Below are positions 20,440 through 31,790 of a stretch of DNA of 43,183 nucleotides, piece by piece. This stretch comes from Octopus sinensis (taxonomy: Eukaryota): positions 1-43,183 of the forward strand of contig NW_021835279.1 in assembly GCF_006345805.1 (NCBI RefSeq). Reading direction: 5' to 3'. Below the pieces are notes generated by a model. It ran no database searches and had not been told where the DNA came from. It worked only from the letters and a program-made list of their open reading frames with translations. How positions within the stretch are numbered: position 1 is the stretch's first letter; each line of letters begins with the position of its first letter. Made by a program: the position numbers and the translations under genes.

Positions 20440-21379
20440 GCATACACACACACACACACACATATAAATACATACACACAGACATACACATACACACACA
20501 TATATATATATATACATACATATATACATATATATATATATACACATATATATATATATATATATACATATATATATACACACACACACACACATACACA
20601 CATATATGTATATATATATATATATATATATCGCAAACGATATTCATAAAATGTCAAAGATAGGCTTGTGGGTTCTTAAAATAATTCTCAAACCATAAAC
20701 TAAATTGGTGTATACACACACATGAAGAGTATACAAACGTGACAGTGAATACAGAATGTTTAAGGGTTTAAGGATTTAGCCCTTAACATGAAGAACACAA
20801 TAGCTAGAATCGTCCAAACGCCGTTACTGAATTACTGAAGTTCAATACGGTAAGTTATTCACAGACAGATGTCTATAGTTAATTTCACGTACCAGGCAAA
20901 GAAAGGTGACATTGTTATTGGTGAAATGGATCGGAATTTCATACCATAATCTTATCATTCATCTATTATATTCTAAAAGACAAGCACACAGATATAAACA
21001 GTCGTGTATATGTATAAATATAAATGTGTGTGTCCATGGATGTATATATATTGGCATATATACATATATATATATATGTGTGTATGTGTAATTGTATATT
21101 GATATATGTGATAAAAGCGAGATGACTGGCGGCAGTTAAACATACACAAATACATAGGTGTAATTTAGTATGTAATGAGATTAATAAATAATATATACAC
21201 ACACACACACAAACACACACATATACACATGTACATTAACACGCATTCACACGCCCGCGCATATACAAATAGATAGACACGTTTATGTGTTTGTATATGT
21301 GTGTGTGGGTTTGGTATAAAAGACATACCTACATATATATATATAGATATAGATATAATTATATATATATAGATATAAG

Positions 21380-21428
<49 letters not shown>

Positions 21429-21493
21429 AATATGTACAGTCATATATACATATACACATAGTTGTGTGTATGTATATATATACATATATATAT

Positions 21494-21543
<50 letters not shown>

Positions 21544-21557
21544 CATATATATATATA

Positions 21558-21590
<33 letters not shown>

Positions 21591-21615
21591 TATATATATA
21601 TATACATAAGCACAC
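20402..21615. repeat. (TA)n/(CA)n microsatellite blocks (20402-20630, 21000-21615)
   Basis: Direct reading. Confidence 0.9.
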
Positions 21616-22226
21616 ACACGTAATAACTTGTCAAAGATGGAGGAGGTATAGACAAGACAAAAGAATTAGCAGAAAAAAAAACAAAAGCGAAACACGAAAA
21701 CAACCACTCAAAAAACAAAAAAAAAAGAAATATAAAGACAAAACGAATAAACAACACAGAAAAAAAATATATACATATATTTAAAAAAAAATACACAACA
21801 AACATATTCACTAAAAAAAAAAAACAATGCCCCCACATCACCACCACCACCACCTACCAAAAAATTAAAAGAAAAAAAAAACAACACCGAAAAACAAAAG
21901 CAAGATGTTCGGCGGCTGTAAAACATATACTAAACCAAAGATGTAATTTAGTATGTAATAAGATGAAATTTTCAAATGTCATTATTATGTCTTTTTCTTG
22001 CTTGTAAACTAATCTTTCTTGTATTTATTTATTTATTGTTGTTTTTTTTTTGTTTTTTTTAAATCAATTTGCTGCCAGCCTCTACAACAAAACACACATC
22101 TTTAATTACACCTATATTACATATATATTGATTTATTATACTCATTATTATTTTTCCATTCTTTCTTTCTTTTTTTATATATATTTATTGCTCACCGTCT
22201 CCTATTTAATTTATTTCTTCCGTGGA

Positions 22227-22291
22227 TATTATTATCATTATTATTATTATCATTATTATTATTATCATTATTATTATCATTATCATTATTA

Positions 22292-22327
<36 letters not shown>

Positions 22328-22501
22328 CTTCTTCTTTTTCTTCTTCTTCTTATTATTATTATTATCCTTCTTCTTCTTATCATTATTATTATTATTATTA
22401 TTATCATTCTTCTTTTTCTTCTTCTTCTTCTTATTATTATTATCCTTCTTCTTCTTCTTCTTCTTATTATTATTATTATTATTATTATCATTATTATTAT
22501 T

Positions 22502-22543
<42 letters not shown>

Positions 22544-22579
22544 GTTATCATTCTTCTACTTCTTCGTCTTCTTATTATT

Positions 22580-22614
<35 letters not shown>

Positions 22615-22643
22615 CGTCATTATTATTATTATTATTATTATTA
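22227..22643. repeat. Compound (TAT)n/(TCT)n/(CAT) microsatellite
   Basis: Direct reading. Confidence 0.97.
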
Positions 22644-22747
22644 ATATTTTATTCCCAGAGCTTTCGGTCTTACTTGCTCTTGTTGATTCTATGTGAGCGT
22701 ACAGCAACCTGTTGTCAGAGGTCTCACGGAGTCTCTTTCCACAAAGT

Positions 22748-22980
22748 CGGCGAGCTAGCAGAATCGTTAGCACGTCGGGCGAAATGCGTAGCGGTATTTC
22801 GTCTGCGTTACGTTGTGAGTTCAAATTCCGCCGAGGTCGACTTTGCCTTTCATCCTTTCGGGGTCGATTAAATAAGCACCAGTTACGCACTGGGGTCGAT
22901 GTAATCGACTTAATCCGTGTGTCTGTCCTTGTTTGTCCCCTCTGTGTTTAGCCCCTTGTGGGTAGTAAAGAAATAGGTAT
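22748..22980 (+). mobile_element. SINE family A, monomer
   Basis: Head GGCGAGCTAGCAGAATCGTTAGCACG, B-box GAGTTCAAATTCC, core, tail ending AAAGAAATAGGTAT. Confidence 0.9.
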
Positions 22981-22984
22981 AAGT

Positions 22985-24760
22985 TTATTCAGCAATGCTG
23001 GATGTTAGTATTTTGCACATTACTGTAAGACATGTAATTGTTTGATACTTTTGGGTGTTATCAGTTGTGTCACATTTGGAGAGCGAGTTACTCTATTTAA
23101 CAACCAAAGGGTGGGAATTTTCTGGGGTCATAATGATGCGATTGTAGAGCTGGGTCGGTCTCCCATGATATTCAAGAAAAGCTTTGGGATCTTATCAGTT
23201 TGAACGGCAGTTTTGTCTAGCGGTGTCATATGAAATTGTCACCCATAATTATGACCCTTGTATCGATCTATTGCATTTCAATCTGTTTTAGGGTTAGGGT
23301 TAGTTAGGTGTAGGGTTAGAGTTAGGGGTGGGGGAAGGGTATCTTTTTTTCTTCACAAATGTAAATAAACCCAATCTGTTTCTTAAACGAGTACGTATTC
23401 ATGCGGCACAGAATGTTTTCACCTCAATAGACGTAATTGATTGGTTGAAATTGCAGAAATTGAAGAAAAAAACAACAAATATCTTACAAACCATAGAATT
23501 TTCTCAATAAAGCCAAGAGAAAAAGATGTTTTATAAACACATTCTACCAGTATACGAAGTTTAAAAGTGTTTAGTTACGTGGAAATTATTTTAAAAAACT
23601 GCCGTTCAAACCGAAAAGATCCAAGCATTGTACCAGGAGTTAGGGATTTTATCTTTCCCAAGCGATTGCTGGATTTTCTCAGTGCAGTCCTAAGATCTTC
23701 AACAGAGATATCATTCCATATTTGCTTGTTATCTAACTTGTCGTTGAATCCAGGAAGCATCACTTAAAAGACTGTTTAAGGCGCCTCTAGACGGATGTTC
23801 AAATGTGTTGTACTTCTCCCTCGTTACGTGTACTTTTGATAGGTATATTAGCTTATGAAATTTTTTTGTTAAAAATTGTTGGATTATTCTGGAATATATT
23901 GATATCATTGAAACAGCTTGCTATTTTTTTCCAGCTTCAATATCCCTGCTGCTTTGACTTGCATAATTTGCTGTGTGATTTCTTCTTCCATTTTCTTTTT
24001 TATTGTTTCAATTGCTTCGTCAAAGTCGTTTCGTCTTTTTACGTCATACTTTTTTTTTAGCTTCAGCTTCTTAGCTCTTAGTATCTTAACATATTTCTTC
24101 TTCTTCTCTCCCCACTTCCATTTTCTTTTTTTTCTTTTATTATTTTTTGGCTCTTGATATTATTCTTGAGTATTTCAATATCAGATCCAAGTTTACTAAT
24201 TTTATTTCTAATTCTCTCTTGCTATGGTGGTTTCTCTCTCGCTATGCTGTTTATGCGCTGAGTTTTTCTCTCAACTTCAATACCATACACTGCAGTCGTT
24301 ATTAAAGCTGCAGCATAAAGTAGATTATATAACGCGGTGAGATCTGCTTAATTTTCACTCAAGGTGAATTTCATAACTGCATTTACTTTGTCTATTAATC
24401 TATCATTACGTTTTGAGTAGCGATTCTTGAGAAGAGATTTGCGATCTCCAAGTTCCATATATTTTACCTTCCGCCGCGCTTATTGAATTTTTGTTTTTCG
24501 TTTGTCAAGTTCTGTGTCTGTGATTCCACTGCCACTCTAATCACTCTAAATTACATTAGCGTCTGTGGTAATTTCTTCGAGAGTCTTGCTTCGGGTATTT
24601 GTCGTACTAAATTCTTCTTTCACAGTGTATCCTTATTTCCATCATGATTTGTATAACTACTGGTCTGAACACATGACTGAATGTGTTCCATATCTAAATC
24701 AGTCACTATACTTTTATTTATGATATTCCTGCAACAATTAGCTAATTTATGACCTCAAAT
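22985..24760 (-). pseudogene. Decayed R4/Dong-type retrotransposon ORF (N-terminal region to start of RT), split by a MITE
   Basis: Minus strand pieces WNDISVEDLRTALRKSSN../GKDKIPNSWYNA and WLLNRVTR../KCDTTDNTQKYQTITCLTVMCKILTSSIAE resemble the PGxDxIxNFW and NYRPITCL motifs. Many stops and frameshifts; right boundary approximate. Confidence 0.78.
23187..23622. mobile_element. 436-bp MITE with ~28-bp TIRs and 8-bp TSD
   Basis: GGATCTTATCAGTTTGAACGGCAGTTTT ... AAAACTGCCGTTCAAACCGAAAAGATCC. TSD AAGCTTTG / AAGCATTG. Internal TTAGGG-like run. Confidence 0.92.
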
Positions 24761-25261
24761 GCTTGGTAAAATTTACAGCACTTTGATCTCAAATGTTCAA
24801 GTCTTGTCGAACGACTAACATTTCTGTCATAATTTGTGATGGAGTACACGTGATTCATGAAGTTTTTTTGTTGGGGTGGGGTACAACGTTCAGAAACTCC
24901 AATAGCGTTTTTATTGCGATTAAATGCACTGATTAATAGTTTTTTAAAATATTTTTATTGGGTCTGAAGGCTACAAAAGGTGGGTGCGGATGTGACTGAA
25001 CACATGGTTATTTACACGCTTAAATGAGCTTCGGGAAAAGTTGAAATTCTCCCATTGCCTTAAAAGCAGGTGGTACTGAAAGTGGTAGAGTCTTTCATTG
25101 TTTTATATATACACATACACACACGCACATAGGGCCCCACACACACACACACACTTACACGCATGCACACAGGCATACATATACATACATATATTGATAT
25201 TAACAGGTCGCCAGCTATGAATTAGATTTAGATATTCAGTTTTTGTTTTAATGTGTAAATT

Positions 25262-25435
25262 AAGACGGCAAGCCGGCAGAATCGATAGTAAGTGCACGGT
25301 GGCGATTCGCCGAGGTCGACTTTGTCTTCCATCATTTTAGGGTCGATAAAATAAGTTCTCGTTGAGCATTGGGGTCGATATAATCGACTTATCTCAGCCA
25401 CAAAATTTGTTGGCATTGTGCCAAAATTTAAAAGT
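25262..25435 (+). mobile_element. Diverged SINE A-related copy (Deu/Nin-like core, different tail)
   Basis: GCCGAGGTCGACTTTGTCTTCCATCATTTTAGGGTCGATAAAATAAGT...GGGGTCGATATAATCGACTT. Confidence 0.7.
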
Positions 25436-26500
25436 AAAATGTGTACGAGTAGATTTGAAGTTTCACTGTATCTGGTGTTTCAAAACGTAAGAAAAATGAT
25501 GTTAATGTCTGTCTGGGATTATCTCTATCAATAAGGCATAAGTAAAACCCATTAGAAGGGACCGATATAAGGTTGTATACAGCCTATTATAAAAGAAGGA
25601 GGAAATATGATGTAAATATTATGGGGTTAATGCTGAGTAAAGAGATACGTGCGTGAGAATTGCATTGTATTAAATATGTATGAGTCACTGCCTTGAAATA
25701 TCAAAACGGCTTATATACGTATGAATAGAGAGTCTCTAAGTATGAAACTGATTCAGTACATAGTAATAACAATTTGTTGAGAGAACTGAAATATCATTGC
25801 TATATTAATGTTGGTAGAATATAAGAACTAAATACGGTTCAAAAGCCAATAAACCATATAATATTATATGGTAACTGACTATCTTTCGTACAAATCTACA
25901 CTATCATTGAAAAGCGGCGCAAGCAATTTTGCTCTGTCAATCATATGAAGTTTTTTGTTCTAAAGTTCAGTTAATTAACCGACACATTGAATTGATATCA
26001 GCTAACAAACATTAAGTCATTAGAACTATAAATTACTTTCAAGAATTCCAAAGATAAATGTAATTTATTGTATATATAGATTCAGTTTCTTTTAGTATTA
26101 TTTGATTTTTCTCCTAATTTCATTCTATTGATATAAGATCACAACACATTATCACTCATTCCTTTGTCAATCATCATCTCTTAGCTACATTATCATACTA
26201 TTTGAAGAAATACTTCTCTAATCACTTGCACCTTTGCTCCTTTGAAAGCAGGTTCATATATTTCATTTAGCTCTCCTTTTTTAAGTCTAAATATACCTGT
26301 TAACCTCCTAGTTATTGCATTATATACTAATGAAACCTATTAACTCTCCGTGGCTGAGAGAATTCTATCGATTGCGTTTACCTAAAATACTCAAGATCGA
26401 CTATAATGATAGTCCTGAGAAGAGCCTGTGCCGGAATGAACAGCCTGCAGGAGTTTGTACCGGAAAGAAGAGTGAGACCCGCAGGTCACATGTTCTGACT

Positions 26501-26765
26501 GTGGAAGCACTCCGTCGGTTACGACGACGAGGGTTCCGGTTGATCCGAATCAACGGAACAGCCTGCTCGTGAAATTAACGTGTAAGTGGCTGAGCACTCC
26601 ACAGACACGTGTACCCTTAACGTAGTTCTCAGGGATATTCAGCGTGACACAGAGAGTGACAAGGACGGCCCTTTGAAATACAGGTACAACAGAAACAGGA
26701 AGTAAGAGTGAGAGAAAGTTGTGGTGAAAGAGTACAGCAGGGATCACCACCATCCCCTGCCGGAT
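26501..26765 (-). mobile_element. 5'-truncated SINE B, tail type 3
   Basis: 13-bp TSD ACATGTTCTGACT at 26488-26500 and 26766-26778. Near-identical to 27101-27366. Confidence 0.93.
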
Positions 26766-26978
26766 ACATGTTCTGACTACCAGAAGGGCGAATACCCAAG
26801 GCAGCTACACAATAAGTACTCTGTCACTCTATTACAACGACGAGGGCTCCAGTTGATCCGATTCGAAGAGATACCGATGTTTAGACATTTATGATTTTCT
26901 CCTTCGCCAGTTCTATCCTGTATCAATGAATCTAACAAGAATTCTGGTTTTCATTTATAGAACCAGCAATGCACTCAG

Positions 26979-27364
26979 CGTGGAGGCGCAATGGCCCAGT
27001 GGTTAGGGCAGCGGACTCGCGGTCGTAGGATCGCGGTTTCGATTCCCAGACCGGGCGTTGTGAGTGTTTATTGAGCGAAAACACCTAAAGCTCCACGAGG
27101 CTCCGGCAGGGGATGGTGGTGATCCCTGCTGTACTCTTTCACCACAACTTTCTCTCACTCTTACTTCCTGTTTCTGTTGTACCTGTATTTCAAGGGGCCG
27201 GCCTTGTCACTCTCTGTGTCACGCTGAATATCCCCGAGAACTACGTTAAGGGTATACACATGTCTGTGCAGCGCTCAGCCACTTACACGTTAATTTCACG
27301 AGCAGGCTGTTCCGTTGATTCGGATCAACCGGAACCCTTGTCGTCGTAACCGACGGAGTGCTTC
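26979..27364 (+). mobile_element. Full-length SINE B, tail type 3
   Basis: A-box TGGCCCAGTGG. 12-bp TSD CAATGCACTCAG at 26967-26978 and 27365-27376. Confidence 0.93.
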
Positions 27365-27971
27365 CAATGCACTCAGTATGTGTTTTAAAATTTTTTTATT
27401 AAATTCTTCTGAGGTCTACTGTTAAAATTTAGTTGCAATTTTGATACTGAATGTAATTTAGACTCATTTTCATCTCCGAACAAAAATGAATAATCTTAAA
27501 AGACGTTATTGGTTTGATTACCTCTATTTCAAATAAAATTTAGCTTTATTAAATCGCTTGAAATAAATTCAATGCAAACATTATGGCTGATTTAAATTAA
27601 CAATATCTACTTAGGTAATATCGTTAGATATACGCTAAATTACATACTGTAAATTTATATGTAGTTTAATTTTTTTAAAGATGAGCAGGTTTCAAAATTA
27701 ATAACAAGTTGAAATTTTTTTTTCCAATTTTAAACACAAAGGTTAATATTCAGACAATTTTTTATTGCTATGCTCAGATAAATGCGCATCAAACTTGTAA
27801 TGCTGCGATATTTCATGAAAACAAACATTAAACAATAATTTCTCTTATGTAAACGGTAGCCTTCAACCCCAATAATTCCTGCTGCAGAACATGTGAGACT
27901 GGTTTTGTTAATATCTAACCCTTTTGGCCTTGTATCAGAGAAGGAAAACATATCTTCTGTCACAGACAGAA

Positions 27972-28953
27972 CATTCTGCAGATATTTATGAGTATTTCAT
28001 CCATACAAGGAGGGGAAGAAGGACTGTGGTAACATAAACTACATCTTTTAGCTCTTAGATTTTACTTGTTTCAGTCATTCGACTGCGGCCATGCTGGAGC
28101 ATCGCCTTGATGAATTTTTAGTCAAGCGTATCGATTCCAATACTTATTTTTTCTGTTAAGCCTGGTAATTATTTTTTTAGTGTCTTTTGCCGAAGCGCTA
28201 AGTTAGGAGGTCGTAAATATTTTGCAGATATTTATGAGTATTTCATCCATACAAGGAGGGGAAGAAGGACTGTGGTAACATAAACTACATCTTTTAGCTC
28301 TTAGATTTTACTTGTTTCAGTCATTTGACTGCGGCCATGCTGGAGCATCGCCTTGATGAATTTTTAGTCAAGCGTATCGATTCCAATACTTATTTTTTCT
28401 GTTAAGCCTTGTAATTATTTTTTTAGTGTCTTTTGCCGAAGCGCTAAGTTAGGAGGTCGTAAATATTTTGCAGATATTTATGAGTATTTCATCCATACAA
28501 GGAGGGGAAGAAGGACTGTGGTAACATAAACTACATCTTTTAGCTCTTAGATTTTACTTGTTTCAGTCATTTGACTGCGGCAATGCTGGAGCATCGCCCT
28601 GATGAATTTTTAGTCAAGCGTATCGATTCCAATACTTATTTTTTTTGTTAAGCCTGGTAATTATTTTTTTAGTGTCTTTTGCCGAAGCGCTAAGTTAGGA
28701 GGTCGTAATATTTTGCAGATATTTATGAGTATTTCATCCATACAAGGAGGGGAAGAAGGACTGTGGTAACATAAACTACATCTTTTAGCTCTTATTTTAC
28801 TTGTTTCAGTCATTTGACTGCGGCAATGCTGGAGCATCGCCCTGATGAATGATTTAGTCAAGCGTATCGATTCCAATACTTATTTTTTTTGTTAAGCCTG
28901 GTAATTATTTTCTTAGTGTCTTTTGCCGAAGCGCTAAGTTAGGAGGTCGTAAA
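27972..28953. repeat. Four tandem ~246-bp units (unique flank plus SINE C tail)
   Basis: TGCAGATATTTATGAG recurs at 27977, 28223, 28469 and 28714. Confidence 0.95.
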
Positions 28954-29205
28954 CACACCCACAACGGTTGTCAATCGGTGATGGGAGGCGGGGGGACAAA
29001 CACAGACACAGGATACACACACATAGATACATACATGTATATATACGACGGGTTTCTTTCAGTTTCCGTCTAACAAATCCACTCTCAAGGCTTTGTTCAG
29101 CCCGAGGCTATTGTAGAAGATACTTTTTCCAAAATGCCACAAAGTGGAACTGAACCCAGAGCAATGTGGTTGGGAAGCAAACTTCTTACTACGTGGCCAC
29201 GCCTG
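28790..29205 (-). mobile_element. SINE family C
   Basis: Reverse complement of 29323-29700. Confidence 0.85.
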
Positions 29206-29322
29206 GGTCTATGTGTGTAAAATGTATGGCAAGATAAAAATTACACGTTTCCTGAAAAAATGTAATCCGTCTATTATTAAAATTCTCGAAATAATTAGAA
29301 ATAGGCGCAGGAATGGCTGTAT

Positions 29323-29700
29323 GATAAGTATCTTGCTTACCAACCGCATGGTTTCGGGTTCAGCCTCATTGCGTGGCACCTTGAGCAAGTATCATCTACT
29401 ATAGCCTCGGGCCGACCAAAGCCTTATGAGTGGATTTGGTAGACTGAAACTGAAAGAAGCCCGACGTATATATATACATATATGTTTGTATGTATGTATG
29501 TATTTGCGTGACAGTATATGTCCCACCCCCGCCGTCGATGTTGATGTGTTTACGTCTCCGTAACTTAGCGGTTCGACAAAATAAACGATAGAATAAGTAC
29601 TAGGCTTACAAAACTACGTCCTCGGGTCGATTTGTTCGACTAAAGACGGTGCTCCAGCATGGTCGCAGTCAAGTGACTGAAGCAAGTAAAAGAATAAAAG
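29323..29700 (+). mobile_element. SINE family C, full length
   Basis: GGCGCAGGAATGGCTGTATGATAAG head, GGGTTCAGCC B-box-like, CACCTTGAGCAAGT CORE-like segment, tail CCAGCATGGTCGCAGTCAAGTGACTGAAGC. Confidence 0.88.
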
Positions 29701-29871
29701 AATATTTTTAGCAGATTCACTGTTATGCAAATCATATTAAATCAGTTTAATGGAATCATATTTTGTAAGATTTATTGGAGCCGATCACATACATTTCCAC
29801 CGAAAAGTTATTTATCTAAAAGTTATTTATATGCTTACATAGCAGATCAGATCAGTATGCTGTTGATTATG

Positions 29872-29966
29872 TAATGCCACCTGATGAATTGGTTATTTTG
29901 TTCTATTATGTAATATATGCTAATAAGCAAATACATAACAAATCTAATGAAACGTGCGTAACATTA
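29872..29966 (+). ncRNA. Hammerhead motif with intact core but damaged stem I
   Basis: TAATGCCAC-CTGATGA-ATTGG...CTAAT-GAAAC-GTGC-GTA-ACATTA. Confidence 0.62.
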
Positions 29967-30485
29967 AAAATCGATTCAATTCATATTCATTTATGAATAT
30001 ATTTTACTCCACCAGAAATATGCAGCGTTTTGCTCTTATATACACTTGGATTTACAGATGTTTAATATCATCTATTAAGTAGTTAATATTGTATTATTTA
30101 TTTTAATGATTGGGTAATGGATAAGTAGTTCTATAAGTACTTCTGTTTTGTACCCTGTTTACTATATATTCGCGCGAAGTACTATTGAGTTAATTGCCTC
30201 GATCGCAAGGATTCCTACTACATTGATATAAATATATATATATACATACATACATACACGCATACATATATACGCATGTGAGTATGTATGTAAGTATCAA
30301 TGTGTGTATACCTGTCAAGAACCTCAGATGCATTTGTCTAATGAGCAAGCTCTCAACCTCAACCTCCGTTTGTAAATAGACCCTTTCATGAAATATTTAT
30401 ACAGCATTCACTGTATATATATACATATATACATACATATATATACAGCATTATGTGAACTTGTCCACACACAAACACACACACA

Positions 30486-30534
<49 letters not shown>

Positions 30535-31034
30535 ACATTATGTGAACTTACATACAACTTATTCGACATTCCGCACACCGCTGTGTTAGTATTAGCTATA
30601 CACATATTCGCAGATGCACAGATATAAATACACATTACACATATATATATACATTGCTTGAACACGTGTGAGAGTTTGTACACATATATACATCGATCAT
30701 AATTTCTGAATATGTCGTAAATTAGCCGATTGTATTCAATTTTGCGTTTTCTACTTCAATTCGTTAAAACTTCAGTTTTTTTCAATTACACAATTTGTCC
30801 TAATTTTTCTCAATTTATCCTAATGACTCAGTTTTTTCAAAAAATACTCAAAAACACCTCATTTTTCAAATTGTCCTAATTTCCAAAAATATCTTAATTC
30901 TATTTTCACAATTTTCTAAAACTGTGCATATTTCGCAAATTCGCATATATCCTTCATTTCATCCTCAATTTTTAACTCCACCCAACTTCTTGAGATTTCC
31001 ACTTCATTGTCCTTATTTCCCTACTTTAAACTCC

Positions 31035-31210
31035 GTCTCTGTCTGTCTATCTCTGTCTCTTTTCTTCCTTCTCTCTCTCTTTCCTTCCTTCCTTCTCTCT
31101 CTTTCCTTCCTTCTCTCTCTCTCTCTTCTTCCTTCTCTCTCTGTCTGTTTATCTGTCTCTGTCTTTCTGTCTCTTCCTATATCTGTCCTCTGCCTTTTTC
31201 TCCTTATCTG
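31035..31210. repeat. (CT)-rich polypyrimidine tract
   Basis: Direct reading. Confidence 0.9.
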
Positions 31211-31239
31211 TTTTAGCATCATGTGATAATAAAACGATA

Positions 31240-31790
31240 ACGTTGTCAATCAATATACCGAACAGAACCAATCCTACCAGTGCTCGATGTACACAAGCCA
31301 TCAAAATAAAACAGTTATGCTCATGCAGAGACAGATCCAATTGCCCTTTGGATAACCAATGCATGACTAAGAACGTGGTATACAAGTACACTAAAAACAC
31401 TAGAGGAGGCATCTTCTTCTTACATCTTACATTCACTAAATATATCTTTTTCCAAGACTATAGGGTTTTATTCAATTTACATATCATTATATACTTCTCA
31501 TTTATTTGTTTATTTCCTTCCTTTTCTATTGGCTCCTCTTTCCATAGGCTACCTCTGACGTTGTATCCTCTAACGTTTTTTTAAAACAAACTTAATAGCG
31601 TTCAGTTAATCACTATACATATCCATCATATTCTGATAAAATTCTTATTGACGAGTTTCATTTCTTCATTTCCCTGAAGAGAAGATTACATTGTTTTACA
31701 CCATTTTATTCCTTTGGAATAATACCAGTGATATATTCGAAACATGTGTCGGAAGTAAAAGAATTTGAATAACACATGCGTTTAACTCCA
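31240..31790 (+). mobile_element. Internally deleted Penelope-like element remnant
   Basis: KQLCSCRDRSNCPLDNQCMTKNVVYK is the CxC..CPL..C..VVY linker that precedes the GIY-YIG endonuclease of PLEs. Downstream terminal-repeat-like sequence carries a hammerhead. Confidence 0.8.
31670..31754 (+). ncRNA. Intact type I hammerhead ribozyme with long loop II
   Basis: TTCC-CTGAAGA-GAA(GATTAC)...(GTGATATA)TTC-GAAAC-ATGT-GTC-GGAA. Stems I, II and III all pair; GUC cleavage triplet at 31748-31750. Confidence 0.88.

Noticed and set aside
22050-22890. 273-aa Leu/Phe/Ile-rich ORF and overlapping ORFs
   Set aside because: TAT/TCT microsatellite read through into a SINE.
26981-27055. tRNA gene calls for SINE heads (also 4153, 12667, 17933, 29323)
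   Set aside because: A and B boxes are present but there is no proper acceptor stem or terminator, and the sequences run on into SINE bodies, several with TSDs.
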